This document shows, one piece after another, positions 56,681-64,000 of a stretch of 64,000 nucleotides of DNA (position 1 is its first letter; every line of letters begins with the position of its first letter). The notes below the pieces were generated by a model. That model did no database searches, was not told where the DNA came from, and worked only from the letters and a program-made list of their open reading frames with translations. Made by a program: the position numbers and the translations under genes. Source of the DNA: an uncultured Acetatifactor sp. (lineage in GTDB: Bacteria; Bacillota; Clostridia; Lachnospirales; Lachnospiraceae); the NCBI GenBank assembly GCA_910577235.1, contig CAJTMX010000005.1, forward strand, positions 2,080 through 66,079. Reading direction: 5' to 3'.

Positions 56681-57403
56681 ATGGAACAGGGATTTTTAGA
56701 GCGAGAGGCGAAACAGGCGAACAGGAAAAACAAAAAGATGATTTTGATTCTGTTATTGGTCGTTGTATCTCTACTGGCGTTTATCGGATTTATGGTCAGA
56801 GAAGAAATAGACTTAAGCGACTATCGGACACAAAAGATCGTGATCTGCGCGGCCGTTCTAGTGGGCCTGATGTTGGTCAGTGCGGTGCTGATGCTGTTCC
56901 TCTCCGGCCGGGCGGCCGCGGATGGCAGCAAAAGCCTGGGCTTTCTCTTTCCGGGCAGAACGAGAGAGGAAGTGGCAGCGATCATAGACCGGGAGGTGGC
57001 TGAGGGACAGATTCTGGTGGACGAATATACCGCGGAATTTCCCAAGGGAAAAACGCCCCGGGGAGAGCGGGTCATGTTGCTGTCCTCCTACCTGCTGTAT
57101 TGCAATTCTTTGGGGCAGATCCTGGCAATTCCCCGGGAAAAGATCTACTGGATCTGCGCCCAGGCTGGCCGCAGGGGTCGCTCCCCCTTTATCGTCCGCC
57201 TGCTGATCTTTACAGAGAAAAAGACATTTTATGTGGAGGGTGCCGACGTGGCGCATATGCAGAAGATAGCGGATAAGCTGTATGAATACATACCCAATGT
57301 CTTTGCTGCTTACGATCCCTTTGTGCTGTCCTATGAACTGGAGACACTCTTTGACAAAGACCGGGCGGCGTTTATGCAGTTTTATGAGAAAGAAAAAGGC
57401 TGA
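56681..57403 (+). CDS. hypothetical membrane protein
   Basis: ATG 56681 after AAAGGAGAA. Two TM helices followed by a soluble domain with no recognisable family. Confidence 0.62.
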   Translation: MEQGFLEREAKQANRKNKKMILILLLVVVSLLAFIGFMVREEIDLSDYRTQKIVICAAVLVGLMLVSAVLMLFLSGRAAADGSKSLGFLFPGRTREEVAAIIDREVAEGQILVDEYTAEFPKGKTPRGERVMLLSSYLLYCNSLGQILAIPREKIYWICAQAGRRGRSPFIVRLLIFTEKKTFYVEGADVAHMQKIADKLYEYIPNVFAAYDPFVLSYELETLFDKDRAAFMQFYEKEKG

Positions 57404-57465
57404 ACGCTCACCTGTGAACTCTAAAGCGGAAATACAGATCAATATATATATGAAAAGAGGATAGA

Positions 57466-59709
57466 ATGGAAGACAACAGCAGGATCATCAGAACAGAATA
57501 CTCGGAGGAGATGCAGAAGTCCTTTATCGACTACGCCATGAGCGTGATCATCGCCAGGGCGCTGCCGGATGTGCGGGACGGGCTTAAGCCCGTGCAGCGC
57601 AGGACCCTATATGACATGCACGAGCTGGGCATACGCTACGACAGACCCTACCGCAAGAGCGCCCGTATCGTAGGCGACACCATGGGTAAATATCACCCCC
57701 ACGGAGACAGCTCTATCTACGACTCTCTGGTGGTCATGAGTCAGGACTTCAAGAAAGGGATGCCCCTCATCGACGGTCACGGCAATTTCGGCAATATCGA
57801 AGGGGACGGCGCAGCCGCCATGCGTTATACCGAGGCCAGACTCCAGAAGATCACCCAGGAGGCATTTCTGGCTGATCTGGACAAGGATGTTGTGGATTTT
57901 ATGCCCAATTTTGACGAGACGGAAAAAGAGCCCACAGTGCTGCCGGTGAAGATACCCAATTTTCTGGTAAACGGCTCCGAGGGCATCGCCGTGGGTATGG
58001 CCACCAGCACCCCTCCTCATAATCTGGGAGAGGTTATAGACGCCATGAAGGCCTATATGCTGGACGAGAACATTACCACCCGGGAGTTGATGCGCTACAT
58101 TAAGGGCCCGGATTTCCCCACCGGCGGCATCGTCACCAACAAGGACGAGCTGCTGGAGATCTACGAGACCGGTACGGGCAAGATCAAGATCCGGGGTAAG
58201 GTGGAATATGAAAAGTCCAAGGCCGGCAAGACCAACGTGGTCATCACCGAGATTCCCTATCCCATGATCGGCATGAACATATCCAAGTTCCTGTTGGACG
58301 TGGCGGCTCTGTCGGAGAGCAAAAAGACCCAGGACATCGTGGATATCTCCAACCAGTCCTCCAAAGAGGGCATCCGTATCGTCATCGAGCTGCGCAAGGA
58401 CGCGGACCCGGAGAATTTTGTGAATCTGCTCTATAAAAAGACCCGTCTGGAGGACACCTTCGGCGTCAATATGCTGGCGATCTATAACGGCAGACCGGAG
58501 ACTCTGGGCTTAAAAGCAGTTCTGAAGGCAGTGGTTGATTTTCAATATGAAGTGGCTACCCGCAAATACACCAATCTTCTGGCCAGGGAGATGGACCGCA
58601 AAGAGGTGCAGGAAGGGTTGATAAAAGCCTGCAATGTGATCGACTTGATCATCGAGATTTTACGCGGTTCCAAAGACAGAAATATGGCCAAAGAATGTCT
58701 GGTAAACGGCAAGGTAGACGGCATTAAGTTTAAATCCAAGGAATCCAAGATCATGGCCGCCCAGCTCATGTTCTCAGAAAAGCAGGCAAATGCCATTCTG
58801 GAGATGCGTCTGTACAAGCTGATCGGTCTGGAGATCGAGGCTCTGATCAACGAACATGAGGAGACTATGGCGAATATATACCGCTATGAGGACATCTTGG
58901 CCCGCCGGGATTCCATGGCCCAGGTCATTATGAACGAACTGGAGGAGATCAAGCGGGAATATGGCCGTAAGCGCCGCACCGCCATCGAGAACGCCCAGGA
59001 AGCCGTCTACAAGGAAAAAGAGATCGAAGAGATGGAGATTATGTTCCTGATGGATCGTTTCGGCTATGCCAAGACCATCGACATGGCCACCTACGAGCGC
59101 AATAAAGATGCCGCGGATGCCGAGAACAAATATATATTTAAATGCAAAAATACCGGTAAGATATGTCTGTTTACTGATATAGGCCAGCTGCATACCATCA
59201 AGGTCATGGATCTGCCCTTCGGCAAATTCAGGGATAAGGGCATTCCTATTGACAATGTGAGCAATTACAGCTCCGACAGGGAACAGATTGTATTTTTGAC
59301 CAGCCAGACGGAGTTAAATCTCTGCCAGGTGCTGTTTGTCACGGCGCAGTCCATGATGAAAGTGGTGGACGGCGGCGAGTTTGACGTTAGCAAGCGCACT
59401 GTGGCGGCCACCAAGCTTCAGGACGGAGACCATGTGGTCAGCATTGTTTGCCTTCATGAGCAGAAACAGATCGTACTTCAGACAAAAGAGGGATTTTTCC
59501 TGCGGTTTGCCATAGAGGAGATCCCGGAAAAGAAAAAGGGCGCGGTGGGCGTTCGGGGCATGAAACTGGGGGATAAGGACAGCGTGGAGAGCGTGTACTA
59601 TATCCAGAACGGGGTGGAGGCCTCCATTCCCTACAAGAGCAAGAATCTGGTGCTGAACGGTCTGAAACTGGGGAAACGGGATTCCAAGGGTGTGAAGGTC
59701 AGAGCCTAG
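57466..59709 (+). CDS. type IIA topoisomerase A subunit (GyrA/ParC family; ParC-like C-terminal domain)
   Basis: Catalytic Tyr context [10 protein letters not shown]. Only 747 aa, with a short C-terminal domain in which I find no GyrA-box (QRRGGKG). Confidence 0.92.
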   Translation: MEDNSRIIRTEYSEEMQKSFIDYAMSVIIARALPDVRDGLKPVQRRTLYDMHELGIRYDRPYRKSARIVGDTMGKYHPHGDSSIYDSLVVMSQDFKKGMPLIDGHGNFGNIEGDGAAAMRYTEARLQKITQEAFLADLDKDVVDFMPNFDETEKEPTVLPVKIPNFLVNGSEGIAVGMATSTPPHNLGEVIDAMKAYMLDENITTRELMRYIKGPDFPTGGIVTNKDELLEIYETGTGKIKIRGKVEYEKSKAGKTNVVITEIPYPMIGMNISKFLLDVAALSESKKTQDIVDISNQSSKEGIRIVIELRKDADPENFVNLLYKKTRLEDTFGVNMLAIYNGRPETLGLKAVLKAVVDFQYEVATRKYTNLLAREMDRKEVQEGLIKACNVIDLIIEILRGSKDRNMAKECLVNGKVDGIKFKSKESKIMAAQLMFSEKQANAILEMRLYKLIGLEIEALINEHEETMANIYRYEDILARRDSMAQVIMNELEEIKREYGRKRRTAIENAQEAVYKEKEIEEMEIMFLMDRFGYAKTIDMATYERNKDAADAENKYIFKCKNTGKICLFTDIGQLHTIKVMDLPFGKFRDKGIPIDNVSNYSSDREQIVFLTSQTELNLCQVLFVTAQSMMKVVDGGEFDVSKRTVAATKLQDGDHVVSIVCLHEQKQIVLQTKEGFFLRFAIEEIPEKKKGAVGVRGMKLGDKDSVESVYYIQNGVEASIPYKSKNLVLNGLKLGKRDSKGVKVRA

Positions 59710-59759
59710 TACAAGAAGGACTTCTAAAAAGCTAAAATCTATTATAACAGGAGAATTCT

Positions 59760-60320
59760 ATGCGCGTGATAGCAGGTACGGCCAGGAGTCTGCCTTTAAA
59801 GACTCCCCAGGGTTTGGACACAAGGCCCACCACGGACAGGATCAAGGAGACCTTGTTCAATATTCTGCAAAATGATATCCCCGGCTGTGTGTTTGTGGAT
59901 ATGTTCAGCGGCAGCGGAGGTATCGGGATCGAAGCTCTCAGCAGAGGGGCGAAAAAAGCGTATTTCATAGAAAACGCCAAAGAGCCGCTAAGCTGTATAG
60001 CCCATAATCTGAAATTTACCCGCTTTGAGGACCGGGCCGTGGTTCTGAAACAGGACGCGGTGGCGGCCCTGTCCGGTATACGGGATGAGGAAGTGGATTT
60101 GTTTTTTCTGGACCCTCCCTACGGACAGGAGCAGGAGAGGCGGGTGCTGGAGGCCCTTGGGGGTATGCGGTATGTGACGGAGAATACCCTGATCGTGGTG
60201 GAGACGGCCAGGGACACCTCCATGGACTATGCGCGTGAACTTGGATTTTCCGTTGTCAGAGAAAAGCTTTACAAGACCAATAAACATATTTTCATCAGAA
60301 AAGAGGTAAATACCCTATGA
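59760..60320 (+). CDS. rsmD: 16S rRNA (guanine966-N2)-methyltransferase
   Basis: [15 protein letters not shown]...[10 protein letters not shown] and the LDPPY motif. Confidence 0.92.
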   Translation: MRVIAGTARSLPLKTPQGLDTRPTTDRIKETLFNILQNDIPGCVFVDMFSGSGGIGIEALSRGAKKAYFIENAKEPLSCIAHNLKFTRFEDRAVVLKQDAVAALSGIRDEEVDLFFLDPPYGQEQERRVLEALGGMRYVTENTLIVVETARDTSMDYARELGFSVVREKLYKTNKHIFIRKEVNTL

Positions 60321-60802
60321 AGAGAGCAGTGTATCCGGGCAGTTTTGACCCCATGACTTTCGGACATCTGGACATTGTGAGGCGTGCGGCGTCCATGTTT
60401 GACGAATTAACGGTAGCAGTTTTAAATAATACGCAAAAGACACCATTGTTTTCTGTGGAAGAACGTGTTAATATATTAGAGGAGGCGACTAAAGATCTGC
60501 CCAATGTCAAGATTGACAGTTTCAGCGGACTGCTGATCGATTATTGCAAGGATAAGGGGTTTCAGATCGCGGTTAGGGGATTGCGGGCTATAACAGACTT
60601 TGAGTATGAACTGCAGATTGCCCAGGCCAATCGTCAGATGTCCAAGGACGCTCTGGACACGATCTTTTTGACCACCAGTCTGGAATACGCGTACTTAAGT
60701 TCCACCAGCGTAAAGGAATTCGCCAGTTTTAACGGGGATATAACAAAATGCGTCCCCGATTGGGAGGCGGAGCTGATTTACCAAAAATATGGTTATCGCT
60801 GA
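60317..60802 (+). CDS. coaD: phosphopantetheine adenylyltransferase
   Basis: [22 protein letters not shown] overlap with rsmD. Confidence 0.96.
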   Translation: MKRAVYPGSFDPMTFGHLDIVRRAASMFDELTVAVLNNTQKTPLFSVEERVNILEEATKDLPNVKIDSFSGLLIDYCKDKGFQIAVRGLRAITDFEYELQIAQANRQMSKDALDTIFLTTSLEYAYLSSTSVKEFASFNGDITKCVPDWEAELIYQKYGYR

Positions 60803-60885
60803 CCGGGGCACAGAGCGCAGGCGCCGGACCACCGGGGTATCCGTCGGTAACACAGCGCGGAAACCGGGTATTTATGGAGGATTAC

Positions 60886-61479
60886 ATGAGTAGCAGAATC
60901 GAACAGTTAATTGATGAAATCGAAGAGTATATCGACAGCTGCAAATACCAGCCGCTGTCCAGCACCAAGATCATCGTAAACAAAGAAGAGATCGATGAAC
61001 TGCTGCGGGATCTGCGGATGAAGACGCCGGATGAGATCAAACGGTATCAGAAGATCATCAGCAATAAAGAAGCGATCTTGAATGACGCCCGGGCCAAAGC
61101 GGAAGCTTTGATCAACGAGGCAACGGTACATACCAACGAACTGATCAACGAGCATGAGATCATGCAGCAGGCTTATGCCCAGGCCAATGAAGTGGTGACG
61201 ATGGCCTCCCAGCAGGCCCAGGATATATTGGACAATGCCACCATAGAAGCCAACAATGTTCGGGCCGCCGCCATACAGTATATGGACGATATGCTCTCCC
61301 ATCTGGAGAATATCGTTTCCTCGGCAAGCCAGTCAGCCAGATCGGGATATGAGAATCTGATCGGTTCCATGAATCACTACCGGGATATCATCCAGTCAAA
61401 CAGAAATGAACTGCATCCCGCAGACGACTATGAGGATGTGGTACTTCAGAATGTAGGGGATGCAGATGAGGAGCTTTAG
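60886..61479 (+). CDS. coiled-coil protein (ATPase b/H-subunit-like or DivIVA-like architecture)
   Basis: ATG 60886 after GGAGGA. Almost entirely helical with heptad-like sequence. No firm family assignment. Confidence 0.65.
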   Translation: MSSRIEQLIDEIEEYIDSCKYQPLSSTKIIVNKEEIDELLRDLRMKTPDEIKRYQKIISNKEAILNDARAKAEALINEATVHTNELINEHEIMQQAYAQANEVVTMASQQAQDILDNATIEANNVRAAAIQYMDDMLSHLENIVSSASQSARSGYENLIGSMNHYRDIIQSNRNELHPADDYEDVVLQNVGDADEEL

Positions 61480-62959
61480 GAGAATACAAAACCGGTTTCA
61501 GGGAGAAACCGGTTTTTCTAACTTTATTAGGATCATAGCCGTTACTTTCACCATGGGATTGTTTCTTTTTTCGGAGATGTCTGTATTAGCAGACGCCCGT
61601 GTTGCCGCCGATTCATTGGTTTTTGCTGATACATCGGTTCCTGACCGCTCTTCAGTACAGAGATTTTCCCGGTTTGCCCATCAGGACAGGGATATTGTAG
61701 TGGTGATCGATCCCGGTCATGGCGGGGATAATGAGGGAACCAAGGAGAACGGATTCTGTGAGAAAGATATGACATTGACAACGGCCCTGGCGCTGTATGA
61801 CAGGCTGTCCCAATATGACGGCGTGACGGTGTATCTGACTCGGACTGACGATACAAAATTGAGTCTTGCGCAACGGGCTAAGTTTGCGCAATCCGTGGGC
61901 GCTGATTTTATGTTCAGTATTCATTACAATGCCTCGGAGAATCACGAATTGTTCGGCTCGGAAGTCTGGGTGCCGTTGACTGCCCCCTACAATGCGTATG
62001 GCTATCAGTTCGGATGCACTCTGCTGACACAGTTTCAGGAAAAGGGCTTGTTTATTCGAGGCGTAAAGACCCGCATTAACGACAGGGGGACAGATTATTA
62101 CGGTATTCTGCGGGAGTCGGTGGCGCTTGGAGTTCCGGCGATACTCATCGAACACTGCCATGTGGACGAGGTCAGGGACTATCCCTACTGTGACAGCCAG
62201 GAGAAACAACAGAATTTTGGCTATGAAGACGCGGAGGCCATCGCCCGTTTCCTGGGATTGTCCAGCGAAAGTCTGGGAGTTGATCACAGCGGTGGGCCGC
62301 AAGATCCTTTTCTCCAGACTGTGTACGCCATGGATACGGATAAAGTAGTGGCATCCACACTACAGGATACCACAGCTCCGGAGATATGCGACATTGAGAA
62401 GGTTTCCGAGGATTATGAAAATCTGGAGGCTGTTATCCAGGTGGCGGCGGCAGACTATGACAGTCCGCTGATATATTATGCCTACAGTCTGGACGGCGGA
62501 GTGACATATTCCCCCAGGCAGCCGTGGCCGGGCAGCAATACTCTTACCGGGGAATATCAGGATGTTTTTCAGGTGACACTTGAGATTCCCGAGAATATGA
62601 TTCCAAGTATCCGTATCAAGGCATATAATCAGTTCGAGATAACTGCGGAAAGCAATGTGTTGGAGGGATACATGGTCTTTCGACGCCCTCAGGAGGAAGT
62701 GCCGGAAAGTGTGGAAACTATGGGAACAGCAGTCGGTGACACGGCCTCGCAGCCGCTGGAAAGCCAGCCGGCGTCCGCTGGCGGGTGGCTGGACGGCAAG
62801 GGAGAAACATCGCCGGAAAACTCCACACAGGGAGCCACCATTCAGAATTTCATATTGGTGAGTCTGCTGGCGGCGGCCTCTTTGGTGGCGCTGATGATGT
62901 TGATACAGATATTTCGCTCTCTGGGACGTCACAGGAACCGTCACAGAAGAAAGAAATGA
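61460..62959 (+). CDS. N-acetylmuramoyl-L-alanine amidase (Amidase_3) with C-terminal membrane anchor
   Basis: Signal/TM at the N-terminus, VVVIDPGHGGDNEG and FSIHYNA motifs, and a C-terminal TM helix. ATG 61466 is an alternative start. Confidence 0.85.
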   Translation: MQMRSFRRIQNRFQGETGFSNFIRIIAVTFTMGLFLFSEMSVLADARVAADSLVFADTSVPDRSSVQRFSRFAHQDRDIVVVIDPGHGGDNEGTKENGFCEKDMTLTTALALYDRLSQYDGVTVYLTRTDDTKLSLAQRAKFAQSVGADFMFSIHYNASENHELFGSEVWVPLTAPYNAYGYQFGCTLLTQFQEKGLFIRGVKTRINDRGTDYYGILRESVALGVPAILIEHCHVDEVRDYPYCDSQEKQQNFGYEDAEAIARFLGLSSESLGVDHSGGPQDPFLQTVYAMDTDKVVASTLQDTTAPEICDIEKVSEDYENLEAVIQVAAADYDSPLIYYAYSLDGGVTYSPRQPWPGSNTLTGEYQDVFQVTLEIPENMIPSIRIKAYNQFEITAESNVLEGYMVFRRPQEEVPESVETMGTAVGDTASQPLESQPASAGGWLDGKGETSPENSTQGATIQNFILVSLLAAASLVALMMLIQIFRSLGRHRNRHRRKK

Positions 62960-63975
62960 GGGAACAGACATTTCCAGCCCAAATAGTATAGGCCGGTCAG
63001 GGCTGTCAGCACCAGCTTATGGATCACATATTCTCCCAGAGGCAGATCGGTGTCGTGGATCATACTGTAGGTCTGGGCAATACAGGAAAGGCCGCCAAAG
63101 GGCAGAAGTAACAGACTGTACAGGGGATAGTTCTGTCCCAGCCGGTACAGTCCTCCGGTGATCTCCAGCAAGGGGGCCAACAGGCTGTCCGCTCCCGGCA
63201 GGAACAGGTGGGGGATCAGGTTCAGCAGATTGAACAGGATCATATAGCCGCACAGGCTGAGAATCCCCTGTAGTCCTGACTGTACCGCATCGTCCAGGTG
63301 GGCCAGCAGGCCCGGCTGTGACGGATTGTCCGGCGGACTCGGCTGCATCGGTTGCGCCCCGTTGTATGTGTGGATTGACACACCGTGCCACGCAGTGTCT
63401 CTCGAATGTCCCGGCAGACCGGCAGGCGGCGTAGCTCCGAAAACCCCTTTGCTTGAGCGAGAGGTTTGGCGCGGAGGCTGGGGCAGTTCCCGGAACAGGG
63501 TCCTGCGCAGCAGCATTCCGTAGAGAAGGGGAATCCCATACATGCCGATTACATAGGGCAAGATCAGTTTCCGTCCCAGCAGGGGCAGCACAAAGCTACA
63601 GAAATAGACCGGGCCGATGTTATTGCAAAACGCCAGCAGGAATCTTGCCTCCTGCCGCTGGATCTTACCGCCCTGATACAGCTGCGCCGCAACTCTTGCT
63701 CCCATGGGAAAGCCGCAGAGAAAGCCTATGATCACCCCGTAATTTACCTCCGGCCTGCAGCGTAGCAGAGGCTTTAGGATAGGTTGAAACCATTTTCCCA
63801 GCCTGTGGGACAGTCCCATGCGGATCATCAGACCGGACAGGATCATAAAAGGCAGCAGAGAGGGGATCATCTTGGAGTACCATAGGAGGAATCCTTCCGC
63901 TGCGTAGGCTGCGGCTTGGGAGGCGTGGGTCAGGATTAGGAGGAAGAGGAGTAAAAAGCATATGGTGTATAACAT
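62941..63975 (-). CDS. ylbJ: sporulation integral membrane protein YlbJ (nucleoside-recognition/Gate domains)
   Basis: Sequence pattern and position convergent to rsmD-coaD, as in Bacillus. The 3' end overlaps the amidase gene by 19 bp. Confidence 0.82.
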   Translation of the reverse strand: MLYTICFLLLFLLILTHASQAAAYAAEGFLLWYSKMIPSLLPFMILSGLMIRMGLSHRLGKWFQPILKPLLRCRPEVNYGVIIGFLCGFPMGARVAAQLYQGGKIQRQEARFLLAFCNNIGPVYFCSFVLPLLGRKLILPYVIGMYGIPLLYGMLLRRTLFRELPQPPRQTSRSSKGVFGATPPAGLPGHSRDTAWHGVSIHTYNGAQPMQPSPPDNPSQPGLLAHLDDAVQSGLQGILSLCGYMILFNLLNLIPHLFLPGADSLLAPLLEITGGLYRLGQNYPLYSLLLLPFGGLSCIAQTYSMIHDTDLPLGEYVIHKLVLTALTGLYYLGWKCLFPHFFLL

Positions 63976-64000
63976 GGGGATGCGGCAAGTCTTTCCTTGA

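Overview
This 64-kb window reads as a chromosomal segment from a moderately GC-rich, spore-forming Firmicute, probably Clostridia or Lachnospiraceae-like. That assignment is an inference from gene content and Bacillus-type synteny (rpmB / asp23-yloV-recG, rsmD-coaD-ylbJ, ytfI-ytfJ); no database search was possible. I call about 57 protein-coding genes, nearly all on the + strand and mostly housekeeping:
- Amino-acid and one-carbon metabolism: proA, metH, ilvB-ilvN-ilvN'-ilvC, leuCD with a divergent LysR regulator.
- RNA, DNA and translation: miaB, ruvAB, recG, rpmB, rsmD, and a type IIA topoisomerase B/A pair.
- Envelope and other: flotillin, pepT, zapA, a U32 peptidase, coaD, a cell-wall amidase.
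- Accessory-looking genes: two paralogous SBP-like lipoproteins, a TldD/PmbA pair, an OmpR/HK two-component system, a SUFU-like protein, an AT-rich TetR+membrane mini-island, and a 4-gene insertion between the two topoisomerase subunits.

I recognised no rRNA, tRNA, CRISPR array, transposase or prophage genes.

The most unusual content is non-coding:
1. An invariant 16-mer (CTACAGGTATGCGGGA) sits behind a covarying hairpin 7-11 nt upstream of the start codons of three unrelated genes.
2. At two of those loci the 5' arm of the hairpin is amplified into 19-bp-period tandem arrays.
3. A roughly 200-bp, 20-bp-period array fills the sulP-metH spacer, and its units resemble the 3' core of that element.
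4. Helically phased TTTAAG repeats lie upstream of look-alike promoters at the two lipoprotein/TldD loci.
5. An AACTCT(T)AA word abuts the SD of several genes.

All functional readings of these elements are inference. GC differences were judged by eye and not computed.
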